Source of the DNA: Octopus vulgaris
Taxonomy: Eukaryota
Direction: 5' to 3'
Assembly (NCBI GenBank): GCA_951406725.2
Contig: OX597816.1
Coordinates: forward strand, 150,288,001 to 150,352,000
Length of the DNA stretch: 64,000 nt
Below, piece by piece: positions 37,101 through 50,291 of the stretch. The notes beneath the pieces are model-generated. The model did no database searches. It was not told the origin of the DNA and worked only from the letters and a program-made list of their open reading frames with translations. Each line of letters starts with the position of its first letter. The stretch's first letter is position 1. The position numbers were made by a program, and so were the translations under genes.

Positions 37101-38717
37101 AGAAGAAGAAATAATTGATAAAGAATGCACGAATTGTTAAGAATGTTCTTATTTTATGCTTACATATTCAAGGATGGTAACTATTCACTAGCATTAGTTG
37201 TTTTCTATTTTATCAAAAAAATATGTATCAGCAGGTGTTCAACAAGGAAGCAATTGTAATGGATTCTTGGTATTTCAAATTTTCCCAGTGGTTTATTTTG
37301 GTGTTGACTGAAGATGTGTTTCACTTCTGGAACTTTTACAATTCTTCTCTAGAAAAAGCTTTCTGCTAAGTTGTTCTTTTAGATCTTACTGGAAGACTTA
37401 ATTTCTCACAATAAATATTTTCTTAAATTATATATAATTTATAGCCTGTTATTTCAGTCATCTAAAATGGATATTTTCTTTGAAGGTCTATTAATTATTA
37501 CAGTCAAAACCTCATAATTACTTGACACATTTTGGTCTAAATGGATTGACTAAATCATTTCTTACCATGGAAAACCTTGTACCTGAGAAAAAATTAATAT
37601 ATGTACCACATTCCTCAAACATCTCCACCATACTTAGTAAGTATGTATCCCAATGTGGCTGTAAAATTGCTAACTCAGGATAACGTCTAAATTTAGTTAC
37701 CTAAAGCTTTTATCTATGAAAAAATACAAAGCATTAGGTTTATTTGTTTGCTATTTTTTGGTGGGTGAATATTTAGAAGTTAGACTTCTTCTAAAACCTG
37801 AAAGTTAGAATATTGCTTTCACATAAGATGAAAAATTTTATAAAAAGTTTTTCATTTTTAATTTATTTATTGTTCCTCTTTTACAATAGTAAAAAATAGA
37901 ACTTTTTTGACTCCTCAGATTAAATAACAAGATCCTATTGGAATTCATACAGGCCACCATTTGAATTCATAAAAGCATAAGTTTTGTTCTCTGTCTATTC
38001 AGATTCTTCCAGTAACACTTCACTGTTTGAAACATGCTTTTTTTTTTTATTGTCCTGTCTTTCTTTTGGAAACATTGAGAGTAAAAGATGCACATTCTAT
38101 TTAATGTAACAGGAAGTCTTTTAGACTGAAATATGCATCTCTATTTAATGTATTAAGAAAGTCTTGTTTTGGCTATTATTTTTGAGTAGGTTATATATGT
38201 AGTAAAAAATTTCTGTCTCTCATCTAAATATATTGGAGTGCTTATCTCTCAATCTGGAATTAAGATCTCTCTCAAGTTTATCAGATTGTTGGCTATTTTG
38301 GTGATTGGTTAATGCATAGATCAAACAATTATAACTGTCTTAGTCATTACTAGTCAATTAAGATTTAAAAACAAATAAAAATATCTATGAACAGTAAACA
38401 TAAAAATTAAGGAAAGATGCTAAAGAGTATCAGTTCAAGTATCATTCAGAGAATTGATTATCACTCATGAATAAACTAATACTCTCTGATAGATAGAAGG
38501 CACAAGGTTAGTAATTTTGAAGGGAGAAGGTTATTCAGTATCATCAACTCCAGTACTTTTCTTAACTCTGGAGGCATGAAAGGCAAAATTTTACCTTTGG
38601 TGGAATTTGAATTTGGAATGTAAAAAATTGGAACCAATACCACAAAGCATTTTGTCCATTGCTCTATCAATTCTATCAACCCATCCCCTTATATAATAAT
38701 AATGATGATGATGATAA

Positions 38718-39073
38718 TAACGAGAGCACTCAGCACAAACCTCCCAAGACAACACCAACATCCTCTCAACAATTAGCCAGAGATGATTTTTAAATTGTAA
38801 ATATCTGAAAAAACTCAACTGCTTTCACAAATGAGAATGAACCCGACTGCTCTCAAAAATTAAGTAAAAAAAAAAAAACAGGAAAAATAATCCAGAATCC
38901 TTCTCCTGTATCGGATTGATCCCAAAATCTAATCAGTTCATGCCAGTCACGAGGCCAAACATCCCTGAAAGTTTCATCCAAATCCATCCAGCAGTTCTTG
39001 AGATATCTTGTCCATGGACAAACAAGCAAACACAGCTGAAAACAATACCTCCACCTTCACTAAAGTGGAGGTA
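38718..39073 (+). mobile_element. Non-autonomous Helitron/Helentron-like element
   Basis: Terminal hairpin tacctccac-cttcactaaa-gtggaggta (39046-39073), subterminal aaagtttcatccaaatccatccagcagttcttgagatatc and acaaacaagcaaac repeats; sits between (AAT)n tracts. Confidence 0.6.
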
Positions 39074-41258
39074 ATAATAATAATAATAATCTTCTATAGG
39101 TATGAGGCCTAAAATTTTGTGGGAGAGGGCTAGTCAATTACATTGACCCCAGTGCTCAACTGGTGCTTATTCCATCACTTCCAAAAGGAGGAAAGGCAAA
39201 GTTGACTTCAACAGAATAATAATAATTATGACGATATTAATTTCTCATATTGGCATAAGGTCACAAATTTGTAGAGGAGTGATATAGGTGATCAAATTAG
39301 TCTCAGCACATGCTTGTTACTTGATTGATCCTCAAGGGAAGAAAAGGAAAGTCTACTCTGACAAAATCTGACCTTACAGCATAAAAATGATGAAACCAAA
39401 TACTATGTGGCATTTAATCCAACATTCTACTGTTTCTATGATGACAATAATGTTTTTAGGCTTATGACTAATTTTTTAAGGTGAGTGTAGTTAAATATTT
39501 CAAACCTAATATCCTACTTTATTGAGTGAGGAGATAAAATGCAGAGTTTTTCTCTGTGGGATTTATCTCTGAAGCATTTAGAATGAGTGGGGAAAAGGTG
39601 AGAGAGATGGCAGTAGGGTATGAAACAAAGGAGGAGTGAGAAAGAGGAGTTAAAATACAAAAATTAGATCAGAATCAACTCCTGAAGGTTTTGAACTCTG
39701 AAACAAGAGACATCAAACTAGACGCTGTAAAGCAGTATTGCTTTGCTCTGGACCATCTGCACCATCTTTATTTCTAATGATGAGGAAAGGGTTACATCTG
39801 GTTGCCCTTTTACTTTTTATATTTCCCCACACTCTTTACATAGTAATTAGTTTTACTCAGTTTTTAGATAACTTTGTTCATTGTTTTAATCACTTTTTAC
39901 AGCATGTATTTCTCCATGTTTCCAAAATATTTGGCAAATTTGCTAGGTAAACCTTGGCACTGACTCAAGCATTGCATTGTTACTAATATAAGATAAATTA
40001 ATTGTGATCATATAATATATTGCCATTGTATAAAAGCATCTAAAACTGAAATACAAATTTTACAACCTTTAGTGCTCTTTATTCATGTATTTTTATTAGC
40101 ACTGTTTCATTGACAATCATTATCTTAAGATTTCCTTGTGCTAAACATCTGGCTGTAACACTCTTTTAAGTGTCTTCTGGTCATCTTTTATTTGTTTGGT
40201 TAGTTAACTGTGGTTCTACTATGTAACCAAGACATTGCTGTCAAAACTAAGTCAAAGGGAAATGAGGTATGTAACCAGATTTGGAATTTTTGTGGCTTGT
40301 TGCCTTTATAATGGTGCTATTTACTGGAGATACACTAAGCTGTCTAAAGATTATCAAATAGTGCTTAATAATATAGAAACCAAATGATGAAAGTATTTAA
40401 TGATTGGCTGTTGTTTAACCTCAGATCATCTCTGATCAAAGAAACTTATGATCAAAGACAATTCACTCATGACCAACCCACCTTTTATTCAAACATCTTT
40501 ACCTAAGGATAGGTTATAGCTTATTTAAAGACACCTTACATTATAAGTAAATTTTATGAAAATGATTAGAATGGCAGTTATTATGTACATTATAATTTTT
40601 TTTACTGATTTTTTACCCTTATATAAGGTGATATGTCTAAGCAGATAATGTATCAGACTACATATTCATGAGTAATGAGTTAAAACCTGTTGCAGGTTGG
40701 ACATTGGGAATTTTATGGATGGAATGAAATAAATTAAAATGTTTAACTAGTTTTTTGACTCCTAAAAATATTTTTCCTTGTCTTAAAAGTTCTCACAAAA
40801 GTGATCACCAAGCTTACTTCTAGTTTTACCATTATACAGCAGATTGCAGAATGTACAGTAGACAGTGTTAGAAGAAGTATAATCAAAATGGTCTATGATC
40901 ATTAACTTATCCTTTGAATCAGCTGTACACTTTGTGTTGAAAATGTAACATCTCAATACAGCTCCAGCTAAGAGTTATAGATTGGACATCAATAGGAACT
41001 ATGGCACCCCTAGTAAGGAAGTTGTATAGACTTTTGACTCCCTTGAAAGAAAAGTTGTTAATTAGGAATGTTAGGGATGATCAGGAGACATCAAACTAGA
41101 TACTGTAAAGCAATATTGTCTTGTATGACTGAAGTAGTCTAAAGAGGAAGACAAATTAGAAATGGGGCTCCATTTTGTGATTTACATGTATATAGTTGGT
41201 GTGTTTAGGTTGAGTGGTTGTGCTGGTACAAATGAAAAGAATATAGTTTGGTAGATAC

Positions 41259-41515
41259 ATCATCATCATCATCGTTTAACATCCGTTTTCTGTGCTAGCA
41301 TGGGTTGGACGGTTCAACCGGGGTCTGGGAAGCCAGGAGGCTGCACCAGGCTCCAGTCTGATCTGGCAGTGTTTCTACAGCTGGATGCCCTTCCTAACAC
41401 CAACCACTCCATGAGTGTAGTGAGTGCTTTTTACGTGCCACCATACCAGGTGCCAGAGGAGGCTGGCAGCGGCCACGATCGGTTGGTGCTTTTTATGTGC
41501 CACCGGCACAGGTAT
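41259..41515 (-). mobile_element. Family A retroposon copy
   Basis: catcatcatcgtttaacatccg...ggatgcccttcctaacaccaaccactcc. Confidence 0.88.
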
Positions 41516-41699
41516 CACAAATACATTAAAACAAAAATCATGCTTTACTATAAAGTTAAAAGATACTCTGAAGCCTTGGTTACATAACATAGCATAAAAG
41601 GAACTATGAGAAGTGAATGGCATTTTTAGAGTATGTCTAACAAGAAAAAGAATATTCAAAGTAGGCATTTGTGTCTGTGGTTGGAGAATTGGACATTCA

Positions 41700-43601
41700 A
41701 GAACTCCACACTGCTCACTTTGACTGGAATAAAGCAGACTGGAACTCTACAACTCTGGAGATGTGAACACCCAAACTGACTGGAACTTTACAACTCTGGA
41801 GATGTGAAAACTATACTTCAGAACATCCTGAACTCAATATGGACAGTGTGTACAGCATCAGTACCATGTAAGCACAAAAAACATCCCAAAAGTACAATTT
41901 GGGAGACTGCAGCAGTCAGACTTGCCAGGAAAGAATGTCATAATACTAAATGGCAATACAAACTGCAAAAATCAGATATAAATAGGAAAAAGCGCAATAA
42001 ATCATCCAACCATCTCAAGCAGGTGACAAAAAGGGCAGTGTTTGAATTTGAACAGTACATAGCAACCAACACTGAAAGTAAGGTTTCTGGAAATATGTAC
42101 GTTCAAAGCAGAGACCTCACTCTCCTGTTGGTCGTCTTCACAATCCCCACACAAGCCAGATTACTGATGACCCCCAAAAATGTGAAGAACCAGTTAAAAA
42201 GATCATCTTTCACAGAATTAAAAGCTTTAGCAAAGTCAAGGTGAACAGCATCCATCCATGAGCCGCCATCAGTGACCCAGGTGATGTCTTCAAGAAACTC
42301 AATAAGTTGATCACAGCAGCTGGAGTTAGGGATAAATCCAGTTGCTATGATCAACTTATTGAGTTTCTTGAAGACATCACCTGGGTCACTGATGGCGGCT
42401 CATGGATGGATGCTGTTCACCTTGACTTTGCTAAAGCTTTTAATTCTGTGCCACACAAAAGACTTATGGTAAAACTCTCTGCAATGGGTGTGAAAGATGA
42501 TCTTTTTAACTGGTTGGAGGACTGCATTCTTCATCCTATGAGATGTCATCTGGTGTACCACAGGGATCTGTTCTTGGTCCTCTTTTGTTTGTTGCTTACA
42601 TTAATGACATAGATGCCAACTTAAAGAATATCACTGTACTGGAATATGCGGATGACACAAAGTTGTCCAGGTCCAATTGCAGGAAAGATCTATAGTGTTC
42701 AGATCCTGAACACTATAGATCTTTCCTGCAATTGGACCTGGAGACAATGCAACAATGGGTCATAGACTGGTGGCTCAAGCTGACTATGGACAAGTGTACT
42801 GCTATGCAGTTTGGGAGAAAAAACCCAGTGTCCACATACTCTCTCCACAACACTAATATCAAAAAATCTTCTTGTGAACGTGACCTGGGCATTACTGCCA
42901 GCAGCAATTTGCGCTGAACAAAGCACATCTCTAAAATCGTCAAGAAGGCTGAGGGTGTCTTGACATCACTCAGCAAGACCTTTGTTAGCCGCTCTCCAGC
43001 TATCTATTTAAGGCTGTATATAGTTATGGTGTGGTCACACTTGGAATTTGCATCACCCTATCTTGCTCAGGACATTGACCTCCTAGAAACTATTCAGACA
43101 TGCAACCAAGCAAATAACCTCCACCAGGCATCTACTATACTCTGAATGCCTTGCTTCCCTGGACATAAATACATTGAAGCTTCAACATCTGACAACTGAT
43201 TTGGTAAACACCCACAAAATTATTGACCATCATGCCATCAACCACCTTGAGCACCTTTTTGAGCTCCATGTGTCTAATACACATGAGCATGCCTACAAAG
43301 TTCAAAAACAGCACAGCTCCCATGACTTTTGGAAACATTTTTTTCACACTCAGAGTTGCTGAAGCATGGAACAAACTACCTGCATCAACTGAGGCATTGC
43401 ATCCTTTAAAACCTCCATGCTTCCTGAAATTTGCCAACACTACACTTGATATCACTCCCTCCATATGCATGCACATATGTATATCATGACTCATACACTG
43501 TTCACTTTTCTGACTTTTGTACATAATTTTATGTACTGTACATGCACCTTTGATGAGTTGTAGTGCACTTGAATACTATACACAATAATTTCATTATTAT
43601 A
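41700..43601 (+). mobile_element. Rearranged CR1/L2-group LINE (RT pseudogene) with two internal fold-back inversions
   Basis: RT motifs LDFAKAFNSVPHKRL, GVPQGSVLGPLLF (42552-), YADDT (42645-), C-terminal FFTLRVAEAWNKLP, and an (ATT)-type tail. Confidence 0.9.
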
Positions 43602-46560
43602 TTGTCCAATGAATGCTAAAACACAATAAATGTTACATTGTCTCTTGTGAGATTGTTTGTGACTACATGATTGTCATTGTGTCAGTCATATAGTTCAAAG
43701 ATGGACTCGGTGAACTAAATGAAATTTTGTTTTGCTGTATAAGCTTTCAATAGGTTTGCATAATTTGAACCATTTTGTCCCCTTAGTTATCCCATTCATC
43801 TGAGAAGCTACTCGATAAAATGCTAGACAGAAAAACTTAGTGGTACCAGGTTCAAGTTTGCTTAGCCAGATTTATTTGTAAAAAAAATATAGTGTAAACA
43901 ATGAATTGTTTCAAGTTAATGTTTTGTAATTTCATAGAGAAAGTAAATGTGAGAAATGCTTTGGAGATTTCAAAATGAGATTTGTGACAATAAGTCAAAA
44001 GGTTTTGGTTGAGATGTTTTTGTAGATTCTACCAACAATATGCTACACTAATCATTCTTTACCATACCAATTACTGATCTTAGAAATAGAGAGACTGTGC
44101 ACCTAATGTTTTATATGGCACATGCTCTAAAGGCATTTGCCATATAAAAATTTCTGTATCCCCATATATGTTAATAAAAGGAGTGTGCAGGAGTTCATTT
44201 TTTAAATGTTTTTTTCAAAAAATATTTATTTCAAGAAATAACCTTAGTTTTTAAGGATAATGTTGATATGACAAAAGCAGTACTATTTTCAGTACTATGT
44301 TGGAGGGCTGAGCTGATAAAATATTAGACAACCACTTGAGGAGGCCAGTAGTTCATAGCCAGTTACTAACACTAATGTCTATAGTCAAGAAGTTATCAAT
44401 GGCTAAATTCATCTAACTATAAGAAGGTACCAAAGAAATAGTACATTTCAGGACTGTAAGTTGTAGAGGTGATGAGTATTTTGTTGGCTTAATCTACTAA
44501 GTTCAATTCATTCAGTAAGGAAATCTGATGAATCAGCATTCTATCCAGAAATTTATTTATCTGTATTTTACATTATTTTCAAGGGTTTCTGAGACTGGTG
44601 GGAGGAAGGGAGGAAGGTATCCTCAAACAGGAAACCTGGCCCAAATGCTTGCAAAAGTGGGGAGTCCACTAAAAGCACCCAAGGTGCCAGGTGGTGGAAT
44701 TAAATCATATGATGAGTTAAGATTTCCACCCACATAAGCCATTGTTGGATATGCACTCAGAATGCAAAGAACTAGAATAAATATCAAAAGGCATTTATTC
44801 TGATCTTTTGACAGTTCCACCAATTCACCTCCTTGGATTGGGGATATTTTTTATCAACCTCAAAAAGATGAACAGTAATGTTGATCTCAGTGAGATTTGA
44901 ACTCAGAATATAGAAAGTCAAAAAGAATAACATGAAGCATTTTGCCCAATGCTCTAACAACTCTCAATTTGCTAAACACTACCTGACACAAGAGTTAGGT
45001 TCTGGCCTTAAGAGTCAGTTGTTTGAATTATCATTAGGAAGAGGATTAATTTTAGCTTATACAGATATATTTTACATGAGTTAGCTAATTTGAAAATTCA
45101 TATATTTGTTTAAATTATTGGAACATTTATAAAATTTTTTTACCATTTAAATCCCAGCAATAAAATGAGTATTATAACTTGTTCAAGTGGTTATGCTAAA
45201 GCATACAAACCTTACCTAAGGACAAATTTATCCTAAACTTTTTTGAGTCAATGTTTCTTCAGCTTTTAATGATGAGTTCAAATCCTACCATGGTTGAGTT
45301 TGGCCATAGTTGCAGCACCCTCAAAATAGCCCTGTTCAAACAAATCTGTCAACACCAGACTGAACAATAATTGTGAGCAAATCATATTAAGGTGGTGCAA
45401 TGGCTTTCAAATGATGCACCATGACTTTGTAGTGCACTGCAACAGGAATCTAGGTGAACAGCAGAGTTTTAAAAATATAATCTAAGGCTTTAGAAAATCT
45501 ATACTATTGCTTGAAAAACCTTCAAAATTGTTCTTCATAAGTTTGTTATATATAGATATGCTTAATAAACCAATGTAAGCAATAGTTTTCTATATAGTTT
45601 CTGGATTTTTAGCTTTGGCAGTAGCTTTTTTAAAACTTTTCATTTAAAGTTTAATTGTAACTTTTTTATTTGCTCTCCATTGTACCATGAATAAAAAGAA
45701 ATCAAGGCCAGTGAGGTAATATAATAATAACAAGCTCTCATTCTCACTATTTTAAGTTAAGGAAAAATATTTGATATCAAGTAAACAAGTAAATGTTTCA
45801 ATATTTAGAATTTGTGTAAGTGTTGGTTGTGGAATAGTTATATTTCACATCAGTTTGGAATGCAATATATACATGGATCTACAGTTCTCCTTCTATCCCA
45901 TTTTTAGAATATAAATTAGTCATTTTATACTTACTTATTTATTACTTGATAAAACTATTTTAGGTTATATTTCCGACTGCCAAATTCTGTTCCCACAATT
46001 CTGTAAACCTACACACCTCTTCACACACAAGAACAAACACACATCCACATACATTCCAAATACACTTTATATGTTTACTGGGCATAATATTGTAAATAAT
46101 TATCTCTATAGAATCTACAACAATCATTAAATTAATTTTAATCTCCTCCTATTTCTTCAAGTTACAGGTGATTTATAAGTCTATTTATAGGGTAGCTAGA
46201 TTGCAGAGTTGTTGATAAGTGAAGGATGTTAACAGTCTCCTTGTTGGTCTATACTGCCAAGTACTAAGGAATAGGTGTGTTGCTTTATGACTTAGTTTTT
46301 ATCAACCCTATCTTCCTTAGTTAATTACTTCCATAAAGGTATGCTGTGTATATCCTGGCTGATAGTTTTCTTGAAATGTTTGGAATGCCAAGAACAGAGT
46401 ATATCCAAATTGATGTCAACAAACTAACAGTCTGTACTCCCCGTTCCAGTAATATGACAATCAGTGTTTAAATAGTTGAAAGGAACAAGTAAATATTGTG
46501 ATTGGTTTCACATTTCAGGTACATATATAAGTAAAATATGTAAATGTTTGCTTGTGTTTT

Positions 46561-46620
46561 TGAGTGCAATATATATTAAATATATATTACTGAGTGCAAT
46601 ATATATTAAATATATATTAC
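46561..46620. repeat. Perfect 30-bp tandem duplication
   Basis: tgagtgcaatatatattaaatatatattac twice. Confidence 0.95.
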
Positions 46621-46837
46621 ATGAGAGATATTTTTTACTGCTCTCAGTGATTGGACTGTGGGAATGCTGGTGCCCCACTTCAGGAATATAGCTAATTATT
46701 CTAATCTAGTATTTGAATGGTACTAACTACGGAGGGATAAAAAGTAAATTGGGCAGAATGTGAATTCGGAATGTAAAGTTACACACAACAAAATACCACA
46801 AAATATTTTATTTCCCATCTACTGAAATATATGTCTT

Positions 46838-47190
46838 TCTTTTTACTTGTTTCTGTTATGCTGGGCCCCACCTTGAAGAATTAGTCGAATGAATTGATCC
46901 CAACACTTCTTTTTTTTTTTTTTTTATTTTTAAGTCTAGTACTTCATCTGTTAGTGTCTTTTGCTGAACTGCTAAGTTACAGAGACGTAAACACAACAGC
47001 ACCAGTCGTCAAGCAGTGGTGGGGGACATCCTCACACACACACACACACACTACTTTCAGTTTCCATCTACCAAATCCATTCACAAGGCTATAACTGAAG
47101 ACACTCAGACATTTGTCCAAGGTGCTATACAGTGGGACTGAACATGGAACCATGTGGTTGGGAAGCAAATTTCTTACCATGCAGCTATGC
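46838..47190 (-). mobile_element. Family C SINE, near full length
   Basis: Head (catggttccatgttcagtcccactg...ccttggacaaatgtc), internal (GT)n, tail cttgacgactggtgctg...taacttagcagttcagcaaaagac. Confidence 0.82.
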
Positions 47191-47224
47191 CTATATATAT
47201 AGTCAAATCAAATGATCATTAAAA

Positions 47225-47510
47225 ATAACAAGCAACAAGAGGACGTGCACATGATATGTATTAGTTGAATGCTTGATAAAAAGAGAGTTTTTTATGTATT
47301 GAGCATAGCTCTTTGTCGGAAAGAAGAAAAGGAAATGTCCAATGAAGGAAAAAAATCAAAAACAGCATGTGTTTTTTTATGTAACTATACATGTGCTGTT
47401 GGTGATTTCTTTTCCTTTTTCAGATTTTACCTTTTCTCCTTTCTAAAGAACTCTGCTCGAAATGTCAAAAACTCTCTTTCATGTGCACATCCTCTTGTTT
47501 GTTATCATTA
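47225..47510. mobile_element. Decayed inverted pair of Penelope-like termini (related to 10175-10330)
   Basis: aacaagaggacgtgcacatga vs tcatgtgcacatcctcttgtt; relic gctcgaaatgtc of the hammerhead GAAA arm at 47455-47466. Confidence 0.5.
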
Positions 47511-47664
47511 ATTTTATTCATTTATTTGATTTCACTATTTACTACACACACACACAGACCCTCTACATCCTTCCAACTAACTTGGAGTACCTGATTCATG
47601 GATTTCTTATTCTACCCTTAGATTACATTACCTTTTTTATTCCTTTAGAGTATGTCATTTCTGC

Positions 47665-47918
47665 ACCTCCCCATGTTGGTGGCATGTAAAAATCACTATC
47701 TGAACATGATTGATGCCAGGCCCACCTGACTGGCTCCTGTGCTGGTAGCACATAAAAAGCACCCACTACACTTTCAGTGTGGTTGGCATTAGGAAGGGCA
47801 TCCAGCTGTAGAAACTCTGCCAGATCAGATTGGAGCCTGGTGCAGCCACTGGTTCTCCAGACCTCAGTCAAACCATCCAACCTATGCTAGCATGGAAAAC
47901 AGACATTAAATGATGATG

Positions 47919-47952
<34 letters not shown>

Positions 47953-48190
47953 TAGACACGAAACTGAAAGAAGCCTGTTGTATAAGTGTGTGTCTTTGTG
48001 TTTGACCCCACTCCTGCTTGACAACTGGGTTGCATCCTTGTAACTTGGTAGTTCAGCAAAAGAGACCAGTAGAATAAGCACCAGGCTAAAAAAAATAAAG
48101 TACTGGGGTTGATTCATTTGACGAAAACTGTTCAAAGCAGTGCCCCAGCATGGCCACAGTCTAATGACTAAAACAAGTAAAGGATAAAAT
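47665..48190 (+). mobile_element. Family A copy (47665-47920) followed by Family C tail (47958-48190)
   Basis: Diagnostic motifs as in other copies. Confidence 0.8.
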
Positions 48191-49190
48191 ATATGCATAT
48201 GAATAAATAAAAGACAAAAGAAGAGGAGATATGAACTCACTTTCAATAGCTTACAGCTGTTTCTTCTATAAGGAACTGTGCTACTGACATTTTTTGACCT
48301 TCTCAGTGCTTCAGAAAGCTGCAAGATGCTGCACTGACACTCAACTCTTGGTCCACGGTTCCTTATAGCAGAAACAGTTGCAAGCTAATGAAAGTGCTAA
48401 CATAACTCTTGCTGTGTCTATGGCGGGTTAGTATGCTAATAAAAATTAAAACACACACTGGTTCAATACCACTTCTTTATTCTACCAACTAATTATTCAG
48501 TAGTTTGTTTGATGTGATGATTGAGCAATTAGTTGTTAGTTTTCTCTGTCAGAGTTTTTTCACAGCCTCTTAAATAACATTGATCCAGAGCATGTATTTT
48601 AATTTTCATTGGCATAATGACCCTCCCTAGACACAACAAATTTCTCTCAACACATAAATTCACATCAAGAATCTTGCAAACTAAATACATTAACTCTTAC
48701 TCTTTTGTCATTCTTTTATCCATATCACACTCTGTATTGACCTGCTAGTTCATATAAAGGTCCAGAGTAGGAAATACTACACAATTCAAACCTCCACATT
48801 GCTGGGTCTTACTAATTTTGTGAAATATAAGAACATTTAGTTCAAGCAAGTGGTTATTGCTACTGCTGTGGCTAGACAGAATCACACACATGCATGCATG
48901 CGCATGCACACGCGCACATTAAATTATACACTTTTGAAAATGTGATCATCAAGGTAAGGAGCTTTTGGTGAGCTAGTTCTGTGACCCAAGCTCAATTCCA
49001 AATAGTTTTACATGAAAAAATCATAAATGTTGCAACTTCTACCCTTAAAGTCAATAGAGCTGAACTCCTATCTGTGGGTATCTCTGATTATGAAAAGTCA
49101 AAAGGTTGACTGTATCACACAAGTTCATGGATATGGAGGTATTTTGTTTTTATTTTTGTACTTGTACACATGTATGTAATTAGTGTGTTG

Positions 49191-49226
<36 letters not shown>

Positions 49227-50234
49227 TTTGAGTAAAGTGAATTACTGAAGCACAAGTGTACAAGAGTGCATGAGTTTTAATAATTATATAAAATTTGCTT
49301 CCAAAATGATTTCATCCAATATTAGAAATTACATTTATCTATAACATTACAAGTTATCTACAGTTTTGTACAGACAGTATTCAAATGATTTCCATTTTGT
49401 TGATTGTGTCTAAATATAAACACATATCTGAGAATCAATTTTTATTGAGATACATTCTTTTGGCAGAGCTTTAAAAAATCTCAGTCTGGTTGATGTTTTA
49501 CTTTTTATTTATCATCAATATCATCATCATCTTCATTGGCCACTTTTTCCATGCTTGCATGAATCAGATGAAGTTAGATAAAGAAGATTTTAAATGGTCT
49601 GGTGCCCTTGCTATCACCAACCCTCACCTAATTTCAAGTAAGGTTATAATTCCCAAGTTTATCTAACAACAAACGCCCTAAACATAGTCACATGCCGCCT
49701 CTTTTGTTTGCAAAGATCACTCATGTCAAGGAATGTGAGGAAACCCAGACATGCTTTTGCAGTTGATGGCAAGTATAAGATACTGCCTGTATTGCTAGCA
49801 AGACTTGTTTTGTTTGCAGTCAGTAAAGACATGAAGACTAGGATAAATACAAATTCACTGACACACACACACACATCCATTCTTCCATCTACCCACTTTG
49901 TGTGTATAAATGCAGGCATGACTATATGATTCAGAAGTTTACTCATATTCATACAGTTCCAGATTTGATTTCGCTGCACAGCATCTTGAGCAAGTATCTT
50001 CTATGATAATGGCAAATTTATCAGTATCTTACCAGTGGAATTTGGTTGATGGAAATTGCAATATCTTGTTATGTGTGTGTATGTTTGTTTACAACAATCT
50101 AAAAATTGGCATTTTTGTTCATATTGTGTCTGTTTTAGCCCTGTAACTTAGTAGCTTGACGAATAGAGATCACTTCAATAAGTTCTGAAATCATTATTAT
50201 TATAAAATATATCTTGTTGCATCTTGGGAGGCTC

Positions 50235-50291
<57 letters not shown>

